64,000 bases of DNA from Vitrella brassicaformis CCMP3155 (taxonomy: Eukaryota; Protista; Chromerida), in contig CDMY01000441.1 of assembly GCA_001179505.1 (NCBI GenBank), forward strand, positions 1 to 64,000, given 5' to 3'. The position numbers and the translations under genes are program-made. Below the pieces are notes generated by a model, which worked only from the letters and a program-made list of their open reading frames with translations, was not told where the DNA came from and searched no databases. This document shows, piece by piece, positions 22,901 through 35,648 of the stretch. The number at the start of each line of letters is the position of its first letter. The stretch's first letter is position 1.

Positions 22901-25900
22901 GAAGAAGAACAGCGTCACGCAGCCGGACGAGGGAGCGCTCCTTCCGGAGCTTGTGGACCGCTTGCTCGACCTCTCGCAGCGCCTCAGGGCCGCCTGCACT
23001 ACCGTACCAGTGCTGTGTGCGGCGATCAAGTGCTGTGTCCGGGTTGTCAAGGGCACTCAGGAAGCGGTGAAGAGGTACACGCCACCTGTCGTCAAAGTTT
23101 CCCCGCTTGATTCCTCGAGGGCCCCCCGTGACAACGTGGCCCAGCTGCTCGCCGATCGACGCTTCCAGTGGCTAGTCGCAGACGTCAACGCACGCGTCAG
23201 TCAGGGAGAGGCCCTCCAGCCCTTCGATCTGGTCTCAGCCATGTGGGCTGCTGCGTCACTGCCGAGGCTGCGAGACAGCGGTGCTGTGAAGGCAAAGGCG
23301 GTGGACACGAATGAGCTGGCCTCGCTTTTCACTGTGTGTCTGCAAGCGCTCAAGAGAGGGGGGGTGGGCGACTTTGCGGCAAAGGATCTCTACCATTTGA
23401 CCTGGTGCATCGACGTGGCGCTTGACGATTTGCTCAAGCAGGATGCCGAGCATAAAGAAGCCAATTCGGTCGTGGAGCTTGTTGTGGCGAGAATGGATGT
23501 GGTGATACAGCTGAGAGACACACAGCTGCTGAAGATGGCTGACGCACTTGCCGGCGTCTTCGAGAAGTCCCAGTGGACGGCCTTGCATGAAGCCACGGCG
23601 GGTGCCTTGGGCAGGGAGTTCCGTGCTCGCGGTCTCAAGGCCCTGGACACCGAGGGGGCGAGGCAGCTTCTGTCGACGTTTCTGCGCCTGCTTAATCCCT
23701 TCATTGATGACATCGAAGACCACACCTCTTTGGATGGGATAGTGGAGCTGCTGCGTGACCTCGTACTCGTGCAGCCGCAGCCCGTCAGCGACGAACATGT
23801 CAAGATTCTCGTCAAGTTGGCTGCGAGACGGCGCGCTCTTCCTGGCGGTGACAAGACAGCACTGTCAGCGCATCGGTCATTGCTTCGTGCCCTTTGTGAG
23901 CGTGTGACTGTCCTGGCCGGCTCCACGGCCGCTCGGGCGTCCATTGCTCGTGCATGCTTCGAGGCTGGCGAGCCAGCGGCAGCGCCTCTGGTCGAGTGCG
24001 CGTTCAAGGAGCTCAACAATCCGCAGGCAGCGCTGGACGACACCATCGCCTTGTTGCAGCTGCTGACGCTGTCTGAAAAGCCCCTGGGTCATGAACAGCT
24101 CGTGGCAGCCTGTCAGCATGCCCAGAGAGATGCCAACGTCTCCTCCCAGATGATCGTCGACCTGTACGCCGTCCTTCTGTGCCACGTCGTGGACCCCGAT
24201 TCCCTGGACGCCAAGGCTGTGCTTCTCCCCTTCCTGGAGCAGTGGGCCGATGGGGTGCGTGAGCACATCGAAGGCTTCATTGAGCGCGAGAGGAGTGATG
24301 AGGGGGTGTCGGCGATGCTAGCAAGAGCGAAGATGGCCTTCGACAGGCTCACGGCGACGCGCTCGGAGCCAGTGATCACGCTGGTGAAGTATCAGCACCA
24401 GGGAGAGGGTGATTCCACGAAAGTGATTCCAGTAGCTGTGGTCGAGATTGCGGCGAGTCGTGATGACTGTTCTCTGCCGATCGGCTTGGCGGTGGACAGA
24501 GAGGAGCATCTGGTGACATCGTGTGACGGTGACCAAGTCACCCGTACGGGAGCGAGGCAGCTGGACGTGCTGCTCCTGCAGAGGGCGCACATGGACGTCA
24601 AGACGATTGCAGCCAGTCAACTCGATCAGCTGCAGCAGAGGATCGCGTCATGGATTCCGACTTCGGAGCACACCCCAGTGCGACAGACCACTGCCGCACT
24701 GGCTCAGCAGCAGCCACAGGCCACTACTACACCACCAGCACAGCAGGCAGCCGCGCCGACCGCAGCACAGCAGCCATCCGTGAGCGACCTCATCCAGCAG
24801 TCTGCAGTGGGGGTGGATGGCAGTGCGTTGGTCGACCGCCTCTGGCTTATTGTCTCTCACCCAACCTTCGTCTCTCAGTGCAATGCACTCAGCGGCGAGG
24901 CGCGGGCTGCCCTGAGGGTGATGCAGGACACAGCGATGACGCACCTGATGCAGGGCACAGCAGGCGATGTGCAGCGTCGCTTCCGGTGCCTCATCGCGCT
25001 GCTGATGACAGCGCCCTGTAGACTATCGGGCAGCCCTGACCAGTCTGAGTATCTCTCGCGTGTGGGTGAAGCGTGCAAGACGCTGCTGGAGGGCATGGAT
25101 GATGAAGAGTGGCTGACTTGCTTGCGGGAGGGGCTATTCGTTCGTTTCCTGCGGACCAGGTACTGCAAAAACGATTTCTTCGCATCTTCGCTCAGCCGGC
25201 AGTTCAGCAGCAGCCTGGCCAAGTGGTTGTCAGAACTCGTCAGGTCGGCAGACCATACCCAACTGATGTCCGCACGCCAGCTACTGTACGAGCTCTATGC
25301 GAGGAAGCTGTTGCCACGGCTGGGACTGGAGGCGCTCATTATGGCTCTGGAGTTCGTGTCCAAGTATCAGGAGAAGCTGCTCGTGAATGCCGAGCTTCGA
25401 TTCAAGGACCTGGTCGAGAACAAGCATAGCATGCTCACGCAGATGATCGGGGAGCGAATGGCTGGCTCTGACACAGAGACCGTCTCCATCTCTGGTCTGC
25501 ACTGCCTTCTGAGAAGGCTGCACCGCCTCTCCCTCTACCGGGATCGACTGACCGATGCCTGTGTAAGCCGCTTGCTGAAGATGCCTGGCGATAGCTTCAC
25601 TGGGCCTGAGGTCTCCCAGCTGGCTACGGTCATCCTGCACCTCAAGCACGCGGACCCCAGGGCCCTTTTCGGCTGCACCGGGCTCATGAAGAAGCTGAGC
25701 GCCGAGCGAAGTCAGCCTTACATTGTCGGCGTGTCCAAGTTCTTCAGTGAGGTCGGGGAACTGCCCAGCGGCGCTGCTCTGAGGAAGATTCTGGACGAAG
25801 CATTCAGTCCTGCGGCCGGCGAGCTCTCGCCAATGGCAATTGTGACAGCCTGGTCGGCTGTGGGCAATTGCCTGCTTGGCATCTGCAAGAAGGGGGGAGG

Positions 25901-26591
25901 AGGCGGCGGAGAGCCCCTCAAGGCTGAGGACTTCCGAGAGGAGCTGTCATCTGACCCCAAATTCACCTCTTTGGCGAGCAAGGTCATCGAAGTCCTCAGC
26001 CGCCCCGATTCACCGCCGCCGAATGGAGACCTCCTGCAGATTGCGGAGGCCTGTGTGAAGATCCGCGACGCCCAGTGCTGCCGTGACGTGATGCGTGAGG
26101 TGTGCCGTCGGTTGTGGGGCAAGATTGAGTCGTTCAGCGAAGCAGAGACGAGCCGTCTCATCGCAGCCATCCTCATGATGACGATTCGGGGACAGCACCC
26201 CGAGGCCGTCGAGCTGCTCTCGTCTATGCTCGACCTCATGCCGTCGACGCTTGGGGTGGCCCTTAAGTGGCTTTATGACGACCTACTCCGCCCTCAGGTT
26301 GCTCTGCAGGACGGCATGGACCTGCTGCCCTCTTTCATGGGCCGCAAGGAGCTAGATGCTTACAGCCTGAGCGTCGTCCTGTCGGCTCTAGCGGCCATAG
26401 CGGATGGGCGGAGGAAACAAGGGGGCATCAACCACCTTGACACGCAGATGCTGCGTGACTGGAGATTCCGTCAGCTGAGGGACGAGCTGCGGCGGAGACA
26501 ACACGAGTGGCGAGGCAAGAACTCAACCACAAAGCGCATTCAAGACGCCGAGGGGATCTTGAAGCCTGCTTTGAGTGACCGCCTCCTCTGA
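19969..26591 (+). CDS. Very large (~2,100 aa) protein: Arg/Ser-rich N-terminus, alpha-solenoid repeats, internal RAP-like domain (3 exons)
   Basis: Exons 19969-~20338, ~20419-~20968 and 21048-26591 (a 1,847-codon uninterrupted ORF) join in phase via gtaagg...ag introns. Helical repeats include LQPFDLVSAMWAAA, FAAKDLYHLTW, FTGPEVSQLAT and LDAYSLSVVLSAL. Confidence 0.75.
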
Positions 26592-26888
26592 GTGACCACC
26601 CACCAGACACGCATCGTGCGCTGGCTCGTTTGTCTGATGGTGGGCGGCTCTCTGATGCGTGGCGCGGTGTGTTTGGGTGGAAGCTCTGAGTTAGCATGCT
26701 TTTTGGGAGAGGGATGCCTAAATTGACTAGATCTGAAACTTCTGTGACTAGCAGACCGCTTCATTTACGGACCGTGCCGATCAAGCAGCATTCATGCCGC
26801 TACGCTGTTGTGTGGCGTGCCAGCTGACGCCTGACGTATATTGGCGCTCTCGCTGCCAGCGTATGGACAATATTCACGAGCTGTACAC

Positions 26889-26928
26889 ACACCGGCCGGT
26901 GTCTACACACCGGCCGGTGTCTAGACAC
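26889..26928. repeat. Tandem duplicated perfect palindromes in convergent intergenic spacer
   Basis: ACACCGGCCGGTGT at 26889-26902 and 26907-26920, overlapping GTGTCTAGACAC at 26917-26928. Confidence 0.8.
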
Positions 26929-27045
26929 ATCAAGACATACATACAGAGATGGATAGCGGCCCCCCATCCGTCTGCACATCCATACATCCATCCATCTACC
27001 CGTCCACACGCTACCTGTCTGCCTGCCTCAGACCCCTTCGCCGTC

Positions 27046-30000
27046 TCAGCCACTGACTGTGTCGGCCTCCATCCCTCGTGGCTTCCACGTGAAGCTCTTG
27101 AGCAGCGTCATCATGCTCTCGTCTTCGCCTCCAGCCGGCAGGGGCAACAAAGGCACACACAACTCCACGCCTGCATACACACGACACACACGGGTGTCTG
27201 TCCATCCCTCCACATCGCTTTCCGGGTGCGGTGCGGTGCGTCGACGTACCCACCTGTGTCGTCGTTGACGGGGTTCTGTTGCTGCTCGAGGGTCTGAAGT
27301 CGGTGGTGCTGGGCGACATACTCACTGATGGGGCAAACCTTGCCTGCATGTGCAATGGGAGAGATGAGCCCCTCTGCGGTCGTTGTTTCCCGACTGACCT
27401 GTCGTGGCAGGGCGGCGCTGTGTCTGCGATAGGTACTTGGTAATGGGCGGCTGCCCCTTCGACCGCCCTGTCTCCGCACAGTAGACAAACACTTCATCTT
27501 AAGCGAAAGGACAGACACACATAAATATCAGCCGACTAGGTGTAATTGCCATGTGCCCCGTCCGTGTGTACCTGTATCTTCCACCCATTTTGCTTCTGAG
27601 TCCGTACCGCTCGAGTCGTCCGTGGCGAGGCGGGGGAGCCGGCCGATGCGGCTGAGAGAGTGCGTCATCTTGAAGTAGGCGGTGATCGATGGCTGCCTGC
27701 ACGCAAGACGCAACGCATCGATTCCCTCGCGCCCCTCACCTCCCCCCCCCATGTGCCCACGATGTTTCCTCACTCACTTGGTGCGTCTCTTGGCCAGTTT
27801 CGGTGTCTTGCTCTTGGTGAATGTCAGGCTAGGCGTGTGAGGATCGCTCAAATCCACACTCGTGGTGTAGCCGTCGGGGCGAGGGAACGACCACTTTCGC
27901 CACTCCGATGCTGCTGGTGGCGGCTCGCCCTCGCGCCACAGCCACTTCTCGCGCGACTCCTCCTCATCCCCATCCCCCTCGCCAAAGTCATCCTCCTCAA
28001 CCATACAGCCGTCAAGATACCTCTCGTTGACCAGGAGGTCCAGCATCGTCGGCGGGCACTGATTTGATAAAGCACACTCGGCGTCAAACACAAAGGCGCA
28101 CTGTCGAATGCATGCAAGGCCTTTCGACACGTACCGAGAAGCGATACTCGTCCATAATGTCCCCGTCGTCGCACCACGACAGCGACGGAGCGACGGCCTT
28201 GTCGGGCCCCAACTCTGCTACCAGCCACGCGACCTCGTCCAGGTCCGGGCAGCAGTCCGCGTCGATCGTCAGCTTCTCGATGCGGGGGTAGCGGTTGCGA
28301 CGCTCTGCCTGGGGGGGCAGGAGACCGTGGGCCGAGCTGAGCTCCGTCACAGCCGAGAGGCTTTTATTGTTCAATCCACAACCGGCCGCCGCCACCTCGC
28401 TTGCCACCCTGCGATCGTCGCCGCCTCCCTGGTAGTAGGCCACACACTCGAGCATCATGCCGCCGATATCCGGACTGAGGTCGATCTTGAGGCCCGATGG
28501 AAGGGACTGCAGGAGCCGACACAGATGGTTGTCGAAGGGAGGGGGGGAGCTGTCCGAGACGCCGTCCACGAAGCCGTTCATGATGCCATCCAAATCCATG
28601 CTCTCAAACACAACCTCTGCAGACCAGAGTGCATCCATCTGCCTCATACATAAACGGTGTCTTGTTCGCTCGTCGCACCTTCGATGTTCTCAAACACATT
28701 GGGCTCGCAGATGCACGACGGGATGGACTGCAGCGCCACATAGTCCGTCTCACGATACACCTTCACCCTCAGCACCTTGGCGCCAGGGAAATGCACGCAG
28801 CGCAGCGACGGGTGCTCACTCAGCAGGGACCTGCCGCTTGTCCTGGGTGTGAGGAGCATGGCCTCGTCGCCGCCTGGGAGATGGCGCAGAAGGGCCGGGG
28901 GTATCTTGTTCATCGCCTCGAACCGCTCCTTCCTCTCCATGTGGGGAATGGCTGAGTGGGGGCTGTTGGGATGCTCTGTGCAGTCGATGACGTCACAACC
29001 ACCCTTGCGCACGACCGTCCAACCCCACTCCTCGGCCTCGCTCATGAGCCGCAGCGGCACCGGCTCCGACGCGTTGGCGACCGTCATCTTGGAGGGCAGG
29101 GAGAGGTCCAGCACGATCGGGATGTGTAGGACGAGGGTGCGGGAACCGCCCGTCGTCTCGCTCTCACTGTCGGCATCGGCCATGCCGTCCTTGTCTTTCT
29201 TGGCCTGCCGTCTGGAGTCATCGTCGTGCCACTTCTGCTGCTCGATGCTGCTCAGCAGGCTCATGATCTTGCGGCACTCGGGCCACGTCTTTTGGTAGTG
29301 GTGCATCGTGCCGTAGGTGCTGCAGTTGGTAAGCGGCACCAGGAAGTGGCCGAGATGGGTCAGCCGGGTCAGCCGCCGCATTGCAGTGAGGGTTGCCGTG
29401 AGATGGTTTGGGATGAGGGGGAAGATGTCGATGTGGGTCAGCTGGGTGTGCCGGCGGCAGAACGACGCCAAGCTGTCGTCCAGACGGATGCATCCCTCAT
29501 TGTTGAGGTACGTCGAGCGCCGCTCCTCACTCCTCTTCTTGCGATATGTGTCGGGGTCGGCGAGCCGTCCCGTCAGCCGACGCATGGCCGGGCAGTTGAG
29601 CTGCAGAAGCTCGAATACCGCCAGACCGCCCGCACTCTCGATGTGCAGGGACGCTAGGCGGTCCATCACCAGCCCATGCCAGGGCTCCCTCGGAAGCAGG
29701 GGAAGCGCAATCGGAACAGCCGGACCGCCGCTCCCCTTTTTCTGGCGCTTGACGGGGTCCACGATGACCACGGCCGTCAGCTGGCTCGCGTAGAGACCCA
29801 GTCGGCGCACGCAGAAGGCCATGAATTGCGCCTTGATGGTCTGAATCTCGCGCGGCACCACGATGACGGCCGTGTGGACGAAGGTCTGGTTGATCTTGAT
29901 GAGCTTGCCCTGGTTGGGGTGCGTGAAGCTGACAACCGTGAAGACGCCATAAACGGCCTCGTACATGGTGCGGCAGACGCGGGCAAGTCAAAGAGGGCCG

Positions 30001-32226
30001 GCTGGGGGCATCATGCCGATGAGCTCGTCCCACAGGCCGGGTGCCCCAACCATGCGAAGGACGCCAGGTGCGTGCATGGGGAGGGAGCCGACGGACGACC
30101 GGCAAGATGAGGGGGCGAGGGAGGGGCGAAGGCGATGTAACGAATGGACGGCGGGGGCTGTGAGGCGACACGCGAGACCCTTCGCAGTGGATGGGCTGTT
30201 GTCGTCGAGGCTCCTGATCTGCCCGCCCAGGCCATCCGAGTCGATGCGCAGCGATATACAATCCTGCAGAGATGACAGGTGTGGCCTCGTCTCTTCACTA
30301 CACGCCTCCTTTGTTCGCATGGCAACCTACCTCTGCATTGTTATTGTCCATCATCACATCGTCGTCTCCGCCGCCCCCGGCGGACCCACACTGACGGATC
30401 TTGTCTGCGAGCTGGTGTGCAGGGGACACGACCATCTCCATGGCCGGCAGATCGAAGCTGCTGTCGGTGGCGGGCAGCTCTGCTGGGCCAGCCATGCGGT
30501 CGAGACGACGGGCAACGCGGGCGAGATCGGGCGCATCGTGGTGGGCGTAGAGGCCACTGGAGTGCGGCCTGTCGCCGTGGTAGAAGGCCAGCAGGCCACT
30601 CAGACCCGCCAGGTAGGACGACACTGACAATGAATCAAACACAGCGGCAATCGTGTGGCGATGGTTGACGCGATGAGTCCTGTGTGTCTTTACGTGCACA
30701 CGTGTACCTTTCTGCTCTGACAGGGTATTGTTGTCTGCGACACGGGGCTGCTGAAACGAAGGCTGTCGGTCGGGCGGCACCTCTGTTCTGATGGTGTTGA
30801 CGAAATCGGCGACGTTCTTCGGACTCGCACGGCCGTTGCGATCGAACAGATAGGGCGACCCACTCACACACTGAACACCAAGGCGACACACCGATAGATA
30901 TCCGTGCCTCATGAACAAGGCGCTCCCTTGCCTGTTGCTCACCTTGTCGTGCAGATATTGGAAGTAGACATGTGTGATGGTGTCGAGCTCCCGACGCGTC
31001 TCGACCGTTCGACCAGAGTGCAGCAGGGACGGGAAGGATGGGTACTCGGGCTGCGATGCCGACCAGGCCCAGATGATGCGAAGGTCCTCGGCACACCGGC
31101 CGATGTCAAACTCATGAACCGACCCACCTTGCAACGACTGCAGCTGGAGGGAAGCACGACACACCAGGGCGGCATTCATGTCAGGGCCCCTTTCGACCGC
31201 ACATGCGCGCATACCTGTACTCTGACGTAGCTACGAATGGCCTCTCTCAGTCTGTCGACCGACACCACCTCCAGCTCGTCGCACCACACCGCCGACGGGG
31301 CTCCACCACCCAGTGCCGGTGAGCCTCCGTCTTCCATACTCGCCTGACCACACACACCAGGCGAACAAGGGCTCCTTCCCTTCCCCTCTTTCTCTGTGCG
31401 TCTTATTCGGACCGTGTCACGTGTCGACTTGGCGTCGATCGCTTGCGTCATGTAGAGGTGCAGCGACGGGATGTTGAGTGCCGGCGAGAGGCTGAGGAGG
31501 ATGCCCTCCTTGTCGATGCCACCATACACACAATACGATCGGCTCGGGGCAGCCACATCCAAACAGTGGGGGAAACTACAAACAAGACAGAAACAACACA
31601 CATTTCAACGCGAGGGATGGTCGTGTTGGCTCGATGCAGGCAGAGTCCTTCTATTGGCTGCTTACCCTCTGTGGTTGTCAATTTGGGATTGGATGAGTTT
31701 GATCATCGCTGTCCGCGAGCTCCCGGACGGGAGGTACGGCAGCAGCAGCACTGACACACTAGAGTTGCGATCAGCGAGGGCGTCAGCATATCGCCTGTGC
31801 ACACATGTGCACAGTGCGGTGACCGGTATGCACATGGAATAGTGCACCCACCCCCTCACGGACCTTATGGCATTTCTGATGGTTGACGTCAGTTGGGGCA
31901 GCAGGTCGTCGGCAGCAGCAGCAGACTCGGCCGCTGGCGGTGATGGGTCAGACTCTGCAGGACCCCACCCCATACACACATGGACATACAGATGCACATA
32001 CAATGAGAACATGTGTGCATCATCTGCCCACCGACTACGAGTGCGATGAAGGTCTTTGGGTTGACGGAATGGACCAGTGTGTCGAGTCGGTGCGCAACTG
32101 CCGTGAACACGATGTTCGGATGGGACCCAACTTCATACCTCCATGTGTGTGTGGTTCGTGTGCGTGACGGTAGCGCTTGATAAACTCGAAATCCTGAGAT
32201 CGACTCCCTATCTTCACCACACGCAT
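27046..32226 (-). CDS. Large multi-exon hypothetical protein with F-box-like and LRR-like segments; interrupted by one in-frame TGA (possible pseudogene)
   Basis: Phase-consistent exons run from ~32226 to the stop at 27046. The F-box-like segment is GLWDELIGMMPPAGPL*LARVCRTMYEAV with TGA at 29988-29990. LRR-like segments include LASLHIES, LTHIDIF, LTRLTHLGHF and IEKLTID. The start is uncertain. Confidence 0.55.
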
Positions 32227-32358
32227 CTCACGCAGTAACGCTGTCAGTCGTACACACAACCCTGCCAAGCGTCCATCGACACACACCTAGCCAACCCACT
32301 AGCCACCCCCAGCATTAATTAAACGCAGCCATGAAACCCCTCCCTCTATCTCGAGCCA

Positions 32359-35084
32359 TCACGCCTCCTCTCCCTCCCCCTCGGCCCCCATCACGAGGTC
32401 GTCTTCGTCATGTAAAGGCTCATCCCGCGATGACTGCTCTGGCATGGCCTCCTCCAGATCTCGCCCCTCGGCGCTACGTGATGAGTCCTCGTTCGATGGG
32501 TCCTCCTCGTCGTCATCCTCGTTGGCTGAGTCTTCGTCATCTTCAACGTCCTCCTGGTCTTCGTTGGAGCCCTCGGGCACACTGAACACACACACACACA
32601 GGCAAATCGGACACAGGCGAGGCTGCTGTCCGTTGGTGGAAGGATGCGTTCGGTGGATGGGTGCTCGCTCACCGCGACTCGGCCATCATGGCGTCGCTGT
32701 CGTCAGCAGTCATCTGCCGGCCGACTTGCGCCTCGCCCTCCGCCTCTTCCTCATCTATGTCGTTGTCATCTTCCGTGCCATTCATCAGCTGCACCTGGTC
32801 AGTAGCGGCGGCAGCAGCAGCAGCAGCACTAGCCGCTGGGCGGCCGCCCTCTCCCTCTGTCTCCTCTCTCTCCTCTCCCTCCTGCTTTATGGGTAGCATC
32901 TGATCATCGGCCACCGATGCCGCGACCTCCTCTCCCCCTCTGCCGTCTGTTGCTGCTGCTGCCCCGTCCAGCGGCTCTGTCTTGACGGCGCCAGAGGGGC
33001 TGCCCCTGCCGCCCCCCTCTCCCAGCTGTGCGGTTCGGTCCTTGTTGGCCCATGTGATTGGAGCGAGGCTGGCGCCGCTCTTCTTGACAAGCTGCACTAT
33101 CGCTTGTGCGCTGGCGTCTGCGGGGTGACGCTGCTGGAGCGGGACGGATGAGGCCGAGGAGAGCTTGTAGAGCCACTGCTCTAGGGACGTGATGGCCGTC
33201 GTGGCGTCGATGTAACTCACTGACGACAGCAGAAAACGGGCGCCTGCGTGGATGGCACACGGACACATCGTACACACACTGTCAGAGGTGCACAGGCCGT
33301 GCCGCGTCGTCACCTGCGTCAAGGGTGATGCACCAGCTCTCGCAGAGGCCGTCAATCTTCTTGAGGATCATATCTCGGTCCATGGCGCTGCCAGCCGCCC
33401 GAGTGAGCGGGGCCAGCCCATCGTACCAGTGCGCCTTCTTCAGGAGCAGCCGCACCATCAGCTCGCCAGGCGACTCCTCAGGCCTCCCTGCGGCCCTGTC
33501 CTGCTGTCCGCCAGGCATCCGAAGGATGTGGTCGAACTCGAAAAACGACACCATGGCCGCCTCGAATGGAAAGGCCTTGACGAGCGTCTCAGTGCCGATG
33601 TCCAGCCGCGTCCGGCTGTCGGCGGCGTAGCGCTCGATCCGCTGCTTGACCAGGTGGCGCGGCTCGGTGCGGAACTGCTCCTTGAGGTAGTCCTCGATCA
33701 GGTGCACCGTTACAGGCGCCCCCCGCCGGCCGGTCGCATCGCCGACGCGCCTCGCCTTGCCCACAGGCTGGTTCTCCTCCTCTGCAGTAGCAGCAGCAGC
33801 TGGGCGCTTCCTGCCGACGTTGGCCGGTGAGGGTGTCACGGCGGCCTTCTTGGCTTGGCGCTCCTTCTGCTCGTCGATCTGCCGTTCCTTCTGCCGCAGG
33901 TGGTTGCGGTCCTCCACTGCCTGGTGGTTGAGGTAGCCGTCCTGCGCGTAGCGGTCCAGGTAGTCGCGGAACTGACGCTCCACCTGGTTGTGGTGCAGCA
34001 CCTGACACACACACGGACAGACAGGAAACAGGGATGGATGGGCCTCTATGGCATGATCGAGCGAGTGGGGTCAGTCAGGTCAGTGGCCGACGTGTTTGAT
34101 AGTGGCGCTGGCGAAGACGAGGAGAGGGCTCCTGGCATTTTCGTGGTCTTTGTGGTAGGGGTCGACAGACATCTTCTTGGAGGCCACGAAGGACTTCCAC
34201 TTGTCCATGAGCACCTTGCCCTCCGCTGACGGCCGGTGGATGGCGTAGTCCACCACCCACGCCAGCAGCCGAGCCGGGGCATGCGTCAGGAAACTGCACT
34301 CACACACACACACACACACACAAATAGATAGATCGCCACCGCTCACTCAATGGTCGCTTCTTTCTCCTTCCTTGCTTGTCACCTACCTTTTGTATCGCTC
34401 GACTTTCATGATGTATTTGGGATTGTCGAGGTCCCCCGTGACCTCCTTCTTGTCGTTCTTGCCGTCACCGGTCACCGTCCCCCACTTGGTCTTGACCTCG
34501 ATCCGCTCGTCACTCTCCTCGGGCGCAGTCGCCGTCACAGCACTCTTCTTAATTGACTCCTCGCCCGCACGAGGACCCCTCACCGACGCATCACCCACAC
34601 GAGCAGGCCGAGTGGCCACGCCCGGCGGCACTCTGCTGGGCACCGATGGCCGGCTCCTCTCCCTCTCCCTTTCTCGCTCCCGCTCCCTCTCCCGTTCTCT
34701 CTCCCTTTCCCTCTCCCTCTCCCTGTCCCTCTCCCTGTCCCTGTCGTCTATGGGTCTTGCCGGCGGCAGGGGGCGACGCATGCCGGTGCCAGGGGGTGCT
34801 CGTGGGTTGATGGCCGGCACAATGGGTCGGCCGCGTCCCGGCGACGAGTGTGACGGCATGGGCCTCTCACGCTGCCGATCCCTCGGAGGATCCCTCTCCC
34901 TCCCCCGCGGCGGATCGGCAGAGTTGTACCGGTCCCTCTCCGGCACACGTCCTCCCCCTCCTCGGTCGCCAAGCGGCCGTCTTGATGCATCGGGAGAGTG
35001 AATGGCGCCTCTCGATGGCTCTCGGGGAGGCATGCGAGGGCGGGAAGGCGGACGCCGGTCTGGCGGGTGAGGAGGAAGAACCAT
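32359..35084 (-). CDS. Hypothetical nuclear protein with Pro/Arg-rich N-terminus, (RD/RE)n repeat and acidic C-terminus (multi-exon)
   Basis: ORFs 34383-35084, 34080-34346, 33282-34010, 32669-33355 and 32359-32595 have coding-like cores flanked by GT-AG signals. I recognise no family motif. Confidence 0.65.
34657..34745 (-). repeat. Coding (RD/RE)n dipeptide repeat
   Basis: (ctccct/ctcccg)n on the plus strand encodes [30 protein letters not shown]. Confidence 0.9.
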
Positions 35085-35267
35085 GGTGCTTGGTCAAAAA
35101 CTGGCCGTAGATCAGGTCACCAGATGGACGCTGATGCACGCGCAGAGCCCCTAAGCATCCGCCGCCTCCGAAACCGCCACAAGTAGGCGGGCGTCAGACT
35201 TATCTTCGGATGTGCTGGCAGGAGGTCGCTGAGTCATCACGCATTCCCGAAACGTCCCATTGCACCA

Positions 35268-35290
35268 AAGCTCGCAGGTTTGAGCTCGCA
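35268..35290 (+). promoter_or_regulatory. Two candidate promoter motifs AAGCTCGCA / GAGCTCGCA (hypothetical / SET-AP2 spacer)
   Basis: Direct pair 14 bp apart, at 35268 and 35282. Confidence 0.5.
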
Positions 35291-35648
35291 CTGCAGATCT
35301 AATCTCCCTCCCCCATCTGATTCGACGCAATTGGAAGCAGCGACCGAAAGATCTGGATCGTGAAATCGCCGATTCCGCAGGTGTCCAGTCGATCAACATA
35401 GAGGTCTGCAGCCGTCGGCGGTTACCCAGGAGGTTGCAGGCCGCCAGATCCCATTTGTCATCGCCCCGACGACCTGCCGAAGTTGCTTGTGGAAGCGGCA
35501 GTCTGCTTCTTGCGAGACGATCACTCTCTTCCCGACGCCACGTGTGATTCGCCCGCGTGGTTCTGATGGCCTTGCAGCACCGCTGATTATCGCCGTGGCA
35601 GCAGCAACACGAGACATCGCTTAGGCGAACGGCTGCCGGTCGCACCTG

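Noticed and set aside
29988-29990. Selenocysteine recoding of the in-frame TGA
   Set aside because: The position is not a redox Cys-type context, and I could not find an AUGA/AA/GA SECIS stem in the 3' region 26600-27045 by eye.
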